In this document: piece after piece, positions 8,932-17,885 of the stretch
Layout: each line of letters starts with the position of its first letter
How positions within the stretch are numbered: position 1 is the first letter of the stretch
Origin: Bacteroidaceae bacterium
Lineage (GTDB): Bacteria > Bacillota_I > Bacilli_A > RF39 > UBA660
Length of the DNA: 20,169 nucleotides
Reading direction: 5' to 3'
Assembly (NCBI GenBank): GCA_963600145.1
Contig: CAVCAD010000156.1
Span: 1 to 20,169 of the forward strand
Translations under genes and position numbers: made by a program
Notes under the pieces: model-generated
Database searches by the model: none
Seen by the model: only the letters and a program-made list of their open reading frames with translations
What the model was told of the DNA's origin: nothing

Positions 8932-11742
8932 TTATTCTATAAATATTGTAATTTTTTGTGTTTCACCATTATTATTAATAAACTCTACATATCCACCATC
9001 GCCAGATCTCATTTCAGATGTATCTATCTTTAAAATAGATTCGCCTTTTGTTCCTCCATATATTAAAGTTTCTGCTTGTGTTCGCGTACCATTTATCTTA
9101 AATCCTTGCATTGTATGATCTTCATCATATTCAAATGTGTGCCAACTCCAATCAGATGAAGTCTTTAATGTCCAAGTATCTGTTGTACCAGTCGGATGCT
9201 CCCATATTGTAAGTCTTTCATTGTCTGGATTATATACATCTAAAAATGGAATTATATATGCAGTTGGGTCTTGAATAGTGATTAGATCTACCTTAGTCAA
9301 TCTATCTGAAGTGATATCATAATCATATATTTTATTTACAGCATATATTTGATTTCCGATTTTCCAAAATTTATTAAAATCAAATGAAATAAAATCCATT
9401 GGCGATAATTTAACATAGCAAGTTACTAATTTATTTTGCTTATTATATCTTTCTTTAATATAAGTATCCCAATATATATCATATATAGATTTTGTATTAT
9501 CAAATATGCTCGAATTATATGTATAAACTTTTTTTGGTGTATTTATTAAACAACTTTTATTATTCTTGATCACTGAAACACCAGTGATAAAGTTAGAAGA
9601 TATATAATTCTTCCACGTCGTATAAAATTTATCTGCAGATAACTATGAAGTTGTATCATCATCTATTCGCACGGGAAGCGCTAAATCTGATTTTTGTCTT
9701 TCAGGATAAAAGAATGCCCCTTTTTGCGAAACATAATTATTATCATTATCTGCACACTAAATAAATGTATTTTTAAATAATTTAACTTTAACTTTGTTCT
9801 AATTTAAATTATAAAACCATTGTCTCAAACTTGGGGAATATGGAATAGTTGTTGTCAGGCCTTCAAATAATTTCTAATCTTCATCATCAAAATCGTAATT
9901 TGTTATAATAGATTTGGTACCATATGTAAATCCATAATTATTATTATATGTGTCATTTAATGAAGATTCAGATTCTTCATAATTAAATAATAGCCTGTGA
10001 TGTTCAAATGCAATAGGCTTAACCGTAAAATCATTTGATTTATCAACTTTATCTGTATAATCTGTTATTGTATAATTGAGAAATCTATCTTTTCTGAAAT
10101 TTATTTGCTTTTGAACATAATCAACATCTATAGATATACGATGAAGTTTACAATATTTAATTATATCATCAAATTTAAGATCACAAAAATCATTTAATGT
10201 GATTATACTATTAGATCTAAATAATGTATTTGTTGTTGTATTTGATTCTATATTAATATTTTGGTCAATATAAACAACTCTTGTTGCTGCATAACTACTA
10301 CCTGTTTTTGAATAAAATGTAATGATATGTCCCTTTGGTGGTGTCGTTGTTGTTGTATTTAAATATGTAATCTTCACATAGAATTTAGAACTTCCATTTA
10401 TTATAGGTGTTGTACATACCATATTCTCCGTCGATTTCCAAGAAAACTCATATGCTGCACTCTAAGTTGTTACAGATATATTTGATATTGCTTGAAACTG
10501 TGCATTTGGATATTTTTTCTTTAATTTATTTAAATTATATGATTTTATAGAACTATTGTAAAAGATCATTGTTCCCAATACAACATTATCTTGCATAAAC
10601 TCATATTTAATAATATTATTTACTCCAATACCAATACCTGTTACTGTATATTCTCCTGTTGGTCTATTTGCTGCAAAATGTAACGTTGGTTTATGCGAAA
10701 ATGCAAATAATTTATTCTATAATGTCAATGCATTATTCTTAATATCTTTACCAGACATTATTATATATAATGTATTTGGAATACTTGGATATGTCATATT
10801 AGTCTATATTCGCATCTATAATGTATCATCTGTAGTTGATAAACTATCTTCAATGATCTCATCCCTCTGCTTACATACAACTGCTATATCATTATCTATA
10901 TCAGGCCAATTAAATGTATATCCTGTCAATTCTTTGCACTTATCATTAAAGATATCAACAAATCTTGCCCAATATATAAATGGAATTTGCTCATAGCTCC
11001 TAAATGTATTTTGTTGTACGGGAAGTAATCCATCTCCTATTGCTGATTCTATTGTATATCCTGTTGTTGATTCAAAGTTATTTGCCTCCAATGTATCTTC
11101 AAATGTTGTCACTGTACCATCAACTTTTTGATAGGTATTATAATCAAAATTATCATTATATGAATTATTAGGGAGAAATCCAATAATATTTGAAACACGA
11201 TAATTACGATCTGTCTTCTTATAATCGTTACCAGATCTATTATTATTCCAACAATAATAAACTAATTCTTTATTTAATGCTTCTTTAACATATTTAGATC
11301 CATCTATCCAATATTTATTAATATCTTCCTCATTATCATAATTTGCTTTATTAAATGTGATCTTCTTTAACTCATTAAAGATCTTACCTAATTCTCCATT
11401 GATAGTTACTTCATACCCATCTTTTGTCACTTGTAACATCTTCGCATATCCTTGCAAAACAATCGCATCGCCCCACTGTACTCGACAATCTAACTTCTTA
11501 TAAGGGTCAAACTTCAAACCAACAAATGGTCCATCACTATCAATTGTAACTCTATCTGGATTATATGCATAATTAAATATCTCATTATTATTTGGCGATA
11601 ATGGAATAGTTACTGTCTTTGAATAATCGTTACATATAACTGTTGGGTCACTAATCTCTTCATATTGCTTAGTAATAGGTACAGTTACGCTATCTAATGT
11701 ATCTAACTCTCTATTTTCTATAAATATTCTTAGCTTGCTCAT
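8932..11742 (-). CDS. Large tail/baseplate structural protein, about 936 aa with eight in-frame TAGs
   Basis: Track ORFs 10816..11748, 9874..10422 and 8932..9573 share one frame. Hand translation of both gaps shows only TAG interruptions, starting at 10816, 10804, 10717, 10462, 9874, 9799, 9757 and 9643. The start is ATG 11742 (MSKLRIFIENRELDTLDSV..; the track start 11748 is TTG) and the stop is TAA 8932..8934. Confidence 0.6.
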
Positions 11743-11744
11743 AA

Positions 11745-13961
11745 TCAATATAATATTGTTTGCTTAGTTGATAATTCAAGACTTAATGTCAAGTTGAACA
11801 TTTGGTGTTGTTGATTCTCAAATGTTTTTTCAGTATAACTTCTATCTTTTAATATAACATCATAAGATGTATCTGTATCTGCATCATATAGTTTTAGTGT
11901 TGGCGAAACAAATATGCTCTCATATACAGGATATACATCTGTATCTATCCATCCTGAATTAATCTTGAATGTTGGCTGATTTTCAGTTTTATAAATAGAA
12001 CGATTGCCATAATAATTGGTAATCTCACTTGCCTCAATATCTTCGCTATATTCGTTCACCTTATTAAATGGTTGGCACTGTAAACTACCCCAACGGTCTC
12101 TCCATTGCAAGAAATATCCCTTTGGACAAGTTATTGCAAAAAATGGAGAATTAAGATTAATTCTATCTATGGTACGTATACGACTTGATTCATCATCGAC
12201 AGTAACGACACGACTTAAGTCCCCATCGACAATAACGGTACATAAATAAACGCTATGAGTACCATTATTTTCAATATATAAATTTTTTGATAGAGTCATC
12301 CCCCCAGGAATAAGAACTTTCAAGTAACTATTATTACCGTTACCTAATTTTGCTGCAAATTGTATGTGTAAATCATTAACATATTTAAAGCGCTCGCTAA
12401 ATAACGATATCGATATCGTCTTACCTAATGCGATATTTTTATGAACTTTGCTATATAGCACACCATATCTATCGTAAATAGTTATGCTAATATCACTAAT
12501 ATATTGAGTTTTACCTATTTCACCAAAATAATAATATAATTTATCTATATTGTCACTCCAACCACTTAAAATACCTGCATATTCACTACATAATTCCTGT
12601 TGATATCCTTCCGTTTGTGTGATATAATATGCCTTATTAATACCCATAGAATTAAAGTAGATGCTTTGGGGGCTTTGTAAAGTGTTTGTTGCGGTTGTGT
12701 TTAAAATAATATCATAATATTCATCCGTTATTGTACAAGATATATAATATGTTACTCCTATTGTTGATGCCGTACTATAAGTCTCAAATGCTAATTTAAT
12801 AGATTTTGCAGCACATTCTTCCGTAGCCAATGCTTGGTATTTGGTTATTAATAAATCTCCGTTTGAGTCATAAAAGTTGATATTAAACCCTTTTAATTCC
12901 GAGTATTTGATGTCGTAATCGTCCGTATTCTCCCACAATGAGATATTCAAAACACCATCTGTCAAAGGGAGTGAGTCACTTGTCCAACAAATAGCATTAT
13001 TACGGTCAACTAAGTCAATGGTATATGTATCTGTGTTAGCTGTTTGTGAATCTGATGATGTGTCACATTCCATTCTATTATCATAATAATTAAAATCACT
13101 TGAATTCCATATACTATCATCTGCTAAGCTATTCTCATAATGCACTATTGATAAATCAAATGCCCCATAAAAAGGTGAATTATAATTATAATAACAAAAA
13201 TATGGGTAAAAATTTATTTCAGATTCATCAGCGGTTATATATAAATCAAATGGATAATCAACGTTTAATAGCTTTCCCGAAATACTATCACTGGTTTCGT
13301 ATGGAAAACTCGATATACTTTCCTCATAATATTCTTCAGAACTATAACCATTAGGATATTTGTAATAGTATAAACTTTTAGGCGCAAACGGTGTTTGTAC
13401 ATTAAAAGATATGCCACCGTCAATAAAAGTGCTTGTAATATAATCTTCTGTCGAGTGTGTTAACAAAGCTGGAAATGTAGCACTATCTCCAATATTACCA
13501 GTAATCTTAGAAGCAGTTATTCTCAATGGATTAATCTTTCTCGAATTGCTAAAATATTGCTCTTTTTGAAGATTATCTGTATAAGTTTCTGGATATGTAG
13601 GTAGTAGAATAGGCTCCTTATCACTTGCTTTACAATCTGTATAATAAGTGTCAATCTTGTAAAGATATTTAGCTAACTTATGCGGGTATCTGTATATGTG
13701 ATAAACTGAAACTTCTTTTACTTTATTAACAATCTCTACAGAATATTGGAATTCTTTTCCATATCCTCTTTTTGTTATATCGTTTTGAACTATATCGGTG
13801 ATATCCAATGTCTTAGTGGTAGATTCTGCATAAAGATTACCTGCAAAAATAGTCTCTTTTTCTGCATCATCTGGGTTATAATATACAAAATAATTATAAA
13901 CTTTTTCTGCTGTTAATCCATCAAATTCTACCGTTATTCTTTCATCTAAATATTTTGCCAT
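11745..13961 (-). CDS. Large tail fibre / receptor-binding-like protein, 738 aa, TAG-free
   Basis: Intact ORF with ATG 13961 and TGA stop 11745..11747, 2 nt before the next ATG. It is rich in Tyr/Asn/Asp/Ser/Thr, as adhesin or fibre proteins are. No family motif recognised. Confidence 0.5.
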   Translation of the reverse strand: MAKYLDERITVEFDGLTAEKVYNYFVYYNPDDAEKETIFAGNLYAESTTKTLDITDIVQNDITKRGYGKEFQYSVEIVNKVKEVSVYHIYRYPHKLAKYLYKIDTYYTDCKASDKEPILLPTYPETYTDNLQKEQYFSNSRKINPLRITASKITGNIGDSATFPALLTHSTEDYITSTFIDGGISFNVQTPFAPKSLYYYKYPNGYSSEEYYEESISSFPYETSDSISGKLLNVDYPFDLYITADESEINFYPYFCYYNYNSPFYGAFDLSIVHYENSLADDSIWNSSDFNYYDNRMECDTSSDSQTANTDTYTIDLVDRNNAICWTSDSLPLTDGVLNISLWENTDDYDIKYSELKGFNINFYDSNGDLLITKYQALATEECAAKSIKLAFETYSTASTIGVTYYISCTITDEYYDIILNTTATNTLQSPQSIYFNSMGINKAYYITQTEGYQQELCSEYAGILSGWSDNIDKLYYYFGEIGKTQYISDISITIYDRYGVLYSKVHKNIALGKTISISLFSERFKYVNDLHIQFAAKLGNGNNSYLKVLIPGGMTLSKNLYIENNGTHSVYLCTVIVDGDLSRVVTVDDESSRIRTIDRINLNSPFFAITCPKGYFLQWRDRWGSLQCQPFNKVNEYSEDIEASEITNYYGNRSIYKTENQPTFKINSGWIDTDVYPVYESIFVSPTLKLYDADTDTSYDVILKDRSYTEKTFENQQHQMFNLTLSLELSTKQTILY

Positions 13962-13972
13962 ATAAAATATAT

Positions 13973-14269
13973 TTAATGTTTTCTTATTCTTTTACTCATT
14001 TTCTCATATTGCTTCTTTTGTTCCTCGTCCAATAAAACTCCATAGCTCGCAATATATAAAACTAATCTTATCGGGGTGTCGTATGCATCTATTAAAGTTG
14101 CATTCGATTCTTTACAATATCTCAATATTATAGGGAGAATACCAAATTGGCTAAGTCCACTTGCTTGATAATCTCTGCTAATTTCTTGTCCTTCATCTCC
14201 TCCGCTTGATTTTCCAAAGATAACTGGATAACTTGAAACAATGTCGTTAACTGAAGTTTGAAAAAAAAA
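13973..14269 (-). CDS. Minus-1-frame continuation of the chaperone-like gene downstream of the T9 run
   Basis: The -1 frame is open from 14341 to TAA 13973..13975. It reads ..CFFFQTSVNDIVSSYPVIFGKSSGGDEGQEISRDYQASGLSQFGILPIILRYCKESNATLIDAYDTPIRLVLYIASYGVLLDEEQKKQYEKMSKRIRKH. Its third-codon positions are AT-rich like the rest of the genome, and it ends 11 nt before the next gene. Confidence 0.5.
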   Translation of the reverse strand, partial: FFFQTSVNDIVSSYPVIFGKSSGGDEGQEISRDYQASGLSQFGILPIILRYCKESNATLIDAYDTPIRLVLYIASYGVLLDEEQKKQYEKMSKRIRKH

Positions 14270-14730
14270 GCAATCGTCATAACTTGTGTAATAGGCATAG
14301 CGCCAACATCGTCCTTTAATTTGTCTATAGAATAACTTCCATCATTATATTCAGCATTCTTAGGACGCATACATACAGATAAACAACCTGCAATATCATT
14401 TGTTTTATTATAATTTTGGAAATCAACAAATTGTGCAGTTGTCATCTTAGTAGTATCAAAACTTGCATAATACTTTATGCCATTTAATTTATAATATTTT
14501 TTGATCTTTTCTCTTGGAATATCTGTCTTCAGAAAATCAAAATTATATTTATTCAAATCTACCAATGATAAATTATTATAATCTATATTATAAATAATGC
14601 GAAATGCATCTTCTATAGTTAACTTATTTCCATATTTAGTTAACTCTATAAACTAATTTAAAGTTATGTCACTCCAATCTTTATTTTCTTTTGGTTTTTG
14701 GTGCAACCAAGTCTTTAATATGTTCTTCAT
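14128..14730 (-). CDS. Tail-assembly-chaperone-like protein, frame-0 product (start uncertain, one in-frame TAG)
   Basis: Track ORF 14128..14565 starts at TTG. The same frame stays open upstream through TAG 14653..14655 (..DWSDITLN-TAG-FIELTKYGNKLTIEDAFRIIYNIDYNNLSLVDLNKY..). The only in-frame ATG is 14730, inside the upstream gene. The stop is TAA 14128..14130. The chaperone call rests on the two-frame architecture, not on a recognised motif. Confidence 0.4.
14261..14269 (-). promoter_or_regulatory. T9 homopolymer forming a U_UUU_UUU slippery heptamer in phase
   Basis: On the minus strand, frame 0 reads GCT TTT TTT TTC, which gives the X_XXY_YYZ pattern (14269..14263). It sits exactly where the long -1 ORF takes over. 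Confidence 0.5.
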
Positions 14731-15148
14731 CAAATTCTTTTGTTAATTCTTGTGCGATAGCTAATGCTAATCTTTCTGTATAGTTTTTTTGATCAACTAT
14801 CTTATCAAATAAATGGGTACCTTCAGTGCCAACTCTTGATATTTTTCTTGCAATTAAAAATGCTAATTGATTTTCAGTGGGAAGTTTTCCATTCATTGGA
14901 CGTGGTAAAACTGGCTTTATTCTTATCCACTCTAATATCTTATCTATTGGTGGGAAATGGGGTTTTGTCCCATTCTCTAAATATATACCATATTGTGCTC
15001 CTTCAAGACGAATTTCAAACTTTGTTCCATCCTGAATAACATTCATTGTTAAACTATTTAACAAATTTCCACTTGCTTTATGTGCTTGAAGTCCCTATTT
15101 ATAATCATTTAATAATTGTTGGGCTACTTCTTCATAATAATTCTTCAT
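14681..15148 (-). CDS. HK97-gp10-like head-tail/tail-completion protein, 155 aa with one in-frame TAG
   Basis: ATG 15148 (MKNYYEEVAQQLLNDYK-TAG-GLQAHKASGNLLNSLTMNVIQDG..) with TAG 15095..15097 and stop TAA 14681..14683. The pattern SGNL.NS......G......YGIYLENGT resembles the gp10 family motif (tG.L..S ... YA.yvE.Gt). Confidence 0.45.
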
Positions 15149-15166
15149 CTATATATAAAATACAAA
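15149..15166 (-). promoter_or_regulatory. Conserved 18-nt upstream motif, copy 3 (17/18)
   Basis: ctatatataaaatacaaa abuts ATG 15148 and lies in the 35-nt gap after the TerL stop. Confidence 0.45.
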
Positions 15167-15183
15167 TATATTAAATATAAATT

Positions 15184-16431
15184 TTATAAATCTACATACA
15201 TCCTATTTACGCAAAAACAAAGAGACATCACTCTATCGTCGTGATATCCATCTGGTGCACTATAAATTGGGTTTCCATTTGAATTTATGGTGCAGGAATA
15301 CATAGATAACTCATTTGATAATGTCTGATCTTGTGGAAGAATAATTTTATTTGTTTCAAATGTTGTGATTAGCTATTTAATTATTCGATCTTTTGATTTG
15401 TTCGTTGTGTTAAAATAAGTTAGCAATACATCATCTGGCAATGTATCATTTAATAATTGGCCATATACATTACCAATAGAATTCTTTTCAACTGTTACTT
15501 CTAGTGATGTGATTCCTTTTCGTTTGAGATCATTTACTTCATTAGCAATATATTTTATAGTATCAGATGCATTCTTGTCATTAAATGCAATCTAATATGC
15601 TATACAGGCTTTTCCGTTATATAATTGTCCAACTGTCAAAACTGTATAGTCTGATCCTGTGCCTGTACCCCAGTCTACTCCCATTATTGTATCTATATTT
15701 GGATGAAGTTGATATCCTGTCATCTTATCTTTAAAACTTGCAAATACAGATCCTTCTCCATCTATAAATTCTGCTAAGAACTCACTTTGAAATGCAAGCC
15801 GGGGCATTTGTTGTCTATAAATCTCTAATGTCTCTGGCGGCAAATATTTGCTTGTATCATAATTATTCCAATCTATTGCAAATACCTTATCTGTACCATC
15901 TATATTTTCAAGTCCACGTAACCATAGATTAAAGAAAAATCCTCTTTTAAACTTAGGAGTACTTACTATAAATATATCACTATGAAATACATTAGTTGTT
16001 GGAACTAATATCTAATAAAATACATCATCTTTGCAAAATGCAGCTTCATCAATGATCAATATTCCACTATGTTTAACTGTAAATCCACGTAATCCATCCG
16101 CCTGCTCTGCTGATCCAAATTTAACAATACTATTATTTATAAAAGTGATCTCCAACTAAGATCCATTTGATTTTTTTATAATTGGATATGCAATGCGCTC
16201 CAAATCTTGATAAACTTTTCTTGCTTGCTACATAATAGGAGACACAAATAGGGAAAAACTATTTGCGTGCTTTAAACTTGCTGCAATGAGAAGTCCTTCC
16301 ATACAAATAGATTTTCCTACCTACCGTTTTGCTTTAACTACAAACCATTTATTCTTATTATAATTATTATATAAATCAAATAATGATTTTTGCCAAGGCT
16401 CAAGATCAAATAATTTAATCTTCGTACTCAT
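15184..16431 (-). CDS. terL: Terminase large subunit, 415 aa with six in-frame TAGs
   Basis: ATG 16431..16429 (MSTKIKLFDLEPWQKSLF..). Motifs seen: Walker A VVKAKR-TAG-VGKS (16309..16341), Walker B GILIIDEAAF (16036..16065), IVSTP coupling motif, and nuclease-domain segment MGVDWGTGTGSDYTV. The whole frame was hand-translated; the TAGs start at 16321, 16228, 16156, 16012, 15592 and 15373, with no TAA/TGA until TAA 15184..15186. Confidence 0.9.
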
Positions 16432-16619
16432 TAGAATAATGTATTTTTATAATTATTATACCAGTCTACCCATTTATTGGGAATAAATAGTTTTTCTTCC
16501 GCACAACCGCCAGCAAATACATCATATAGATTTTCTGCATTAGGTAGAATATTTATGATTTGTTCTGCTATTTTATTTTTGCTTCCTTGATAGGGAACTC
16601 CGTATCTTATTTTACTCAT
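16431..16619 (-). pseudogene. Truncated Dam-type (D12-class) DNA adenine methyltransferase N-terminus, 62 aa
   Basis: MSKIRYGVPYQGSKNKIAEQIINILPNAENLYDVFAGGCA carries the Y.G.K ... P ... F.GG (motif I) pattern of Dam-type enzymes. The ORF then ends 22 aa later (TAA 16431..16433, overlapping the terL ATG as TAATG). No DPPY-type catalytic motif is seen. Confidence 0.45.
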
Positions 16620-16631
16620 AATATAATAATT

Positions 16632-16718
16632 TTACTTTTTCAAAAACCCTAATTCATAATCAACCCAAGGCTTTGGTGTATAAAACATTCCTGCGTTTAT
16701 TTGTTGTTGAGTTTTCAT
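16632..16718 (-). CDS. Small ORF (28 aa), doubtful
   Basis: ATG 16718 lies 2 nt after the TerS stop. It encodes MKTQQQINAGMFYTPKPWVDYELGFLKK and ends at TAA 16632..16634. It fills an otherwise empty 100-nt gap. Confidence 0.2.
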   Translation of the reverse strand: MKTQQQINAGMFYTPKPWVDYELGFLKK

Positions 16719-16720
16719 AT

Positions 16721-17077
16721 TTAATTTATCACTAATTCTATATTATTGTCTGTCTTCTTTGCTTCTAGTTCCTCTACCTTATACTGATTTAAAATATTGC
16801 GCTCTTCTTGTGTACTTAATAATCTATATAGGGCAATAAGTGCTGCAGTGTTTTTGCTATCTAATAATTTATCACGAATAATTTGCTTTGTTATCGTCCT
16901 ATTTACTTCAAGTGCTTCGTCTATTTGTTTTCGTGATATTCCATCCACAGGATACCACCTATAAAAACTAGATGCAGAAAATCCCATACCTGTATAAATA
17001 TCCTAATAGAAAACAAAATTAGGATTTTCTTTTATTTTTCTTATTATTTGTTGAACTGTCGGCTTTACTGCTTTCAT
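16721..17077 (-). CDS. Terminase small subunit-like protein, 118 aa with one in-frame TAG
   Basis: ATG 17077 is preceded by AGGAGGA (17086..17092 region). The protein begins MKAVKPTVQQIIRKIKENPNFVFY-TAG-DIYTGMGFSASSFYRWYPVDGISRKQ.., with TAG 17003..17005 and TAA 16721..16723. The SFYRW helix-turn-helix-like segment, the NTAALIALYRLL segment and the position just upstream of terL fit TerS. Confidence 0.5.
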
Positions 17078-17090
17078 TTTCTTTTTCCTC

Positions 17091-17321
17091 CTATTCTTTT
17101 TGAATTATTGCTTTTTCAGCTATGAACGCCTTATATAATTTGCTCGTCAAAACAAACCATCCGGATGAACAATTACAGCTCAACTTATATCCATATTCTT
17201 TTCCAGCTTCTTCTAATATTTGTTTATATTCTATTGGAATATTGCTTGCTGAAGAATTTATAATTATTTGTGCCATCAAATTCTGAAAAGGCAATAATTT
17301 ATAATAATTTTCTCTTGTCAT
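17091..17321 (-). CDS. Hypothetical protein (76 aa; 99 aa if its terminal TAG is read)
   Basis: ATG 17321 follows the conserved motif. The ORF ends at TAG 17091..17093, and the next non-TAG stop in frame is TAA 17019..17021. Confidence 0.5.
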   Translation of the reverse strand: MTRENYYKLLPFQNLMAQIIINSSASNIPIEYKQILEEAGKEYGYKLSCNCSSGWFVLTSKLYKAFIAEKAIIQKE

Positions 17322-17339
17322 ATATAATTAAAATACAAA
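17322..17339 (-). promoter_or_regulatory. Partial copy of the conserved upstream motif
   Basis: atataattaaaatacaaa shares the aaaatacaaa core with 15157..15166 and abuts ATG 17321. Confidence 0.3.
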
Positions 17340-17342
17340 TTT

Positions 17343-17666
17343 TTATTTTATAAAATTTAATAATCTCTCCAATAATATAAATATTTTATCTAATAATAGC
17401 TCTATTATAGATATAGAATAATCTATATATTTAGATGAAAATGCAAATAATAAACTTAGCCAGCAATATTGGGGACAAAATACCAATAATAATATCAATG
17501 ATATCCAAAATGTCATACATAATGGACATCCAAATGGTTTCTTTAATTCCAAATATACATTTTTCTTTAATAATAAAGATATAATAGATGAAAATATCCT
17601 ATTTGGCGCATCAATATGATAAATATATGTTATACAAATAGTTAATATTATACAAACTTTTATCAT
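17343..17666 (-). CDS. Small multi-pass membrane protein with CPLC motif (107 aa)
   Basis: It has three hydrophobic segments. KPFGCPLCMTFWISL resembles the Cys-x-x-Cys...W pattern of DUF1360-type phage membrane proteins (memory-level match). ATG 17666 overlaps the upstream TGA (ATGA), and the stop is TAA 17343..17345. Confidence 0.5.
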   Translation of the reverse strand: MIKVCIILTICITYIYHIDAPNRIFSSIISLLLKKNVYLELKKPFGCPLCMTFWISLILLLVFCPQYCWLSLLFAFSSKYIDYSISIIELLLDKIFILLERLLNFIK

Positions 17667-17872
17667 TTCTTATATTTTAGTTTTTTACTTTTACTATAAA
17701 TAAAACTATAGCTACAATCTAATAATCGTGCTGTCTCTGGTATGCCATATATCTATATTAAATAATAAATATCTTTATTCGACTAAGACAAACTGTCATA
17801 CCATCTCATAAATTTATAATAATCTTTTAGTTGATCATCATCAAGATCTTCTTCATTTAATAATGTCTTCAT
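17663..17872 (-). CDS. Sigma region-4-like HTH protein (69 aa from ATG 17872; 90 aa if ATG 17935 is used)
   Basis: MKTLLNEEDLDDDQLKDYYKFMRWYDSLS-TAG-SNKDIYYLI-TAG-IYGIPETARLLDCSYSFIYSKSKKLKYKK. The segment L..S.K.IYYL...YG.P..A..L..S...IYS....L matches the ECF sigma region 4 pattern. TAGs lie at 17783..17785 and 17753..17755, and the TGA stop is 17663..17665. Confidence 0.4.
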
Positions 17873-17885
17873 AATAGTTGGGCGA

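Noticed and set aside
7226-16431. The fragmented TerL, TMP, portal and 936-aa ORFs as pseudogenes of a decaying prophage.
   Set aside because: Decay would produce frameshifts and a mixture of TAA, TGA and TAG. Here all interruptions are TAG, frames are preserved over up to 2.8 kb, and catalytic motifs are intact.
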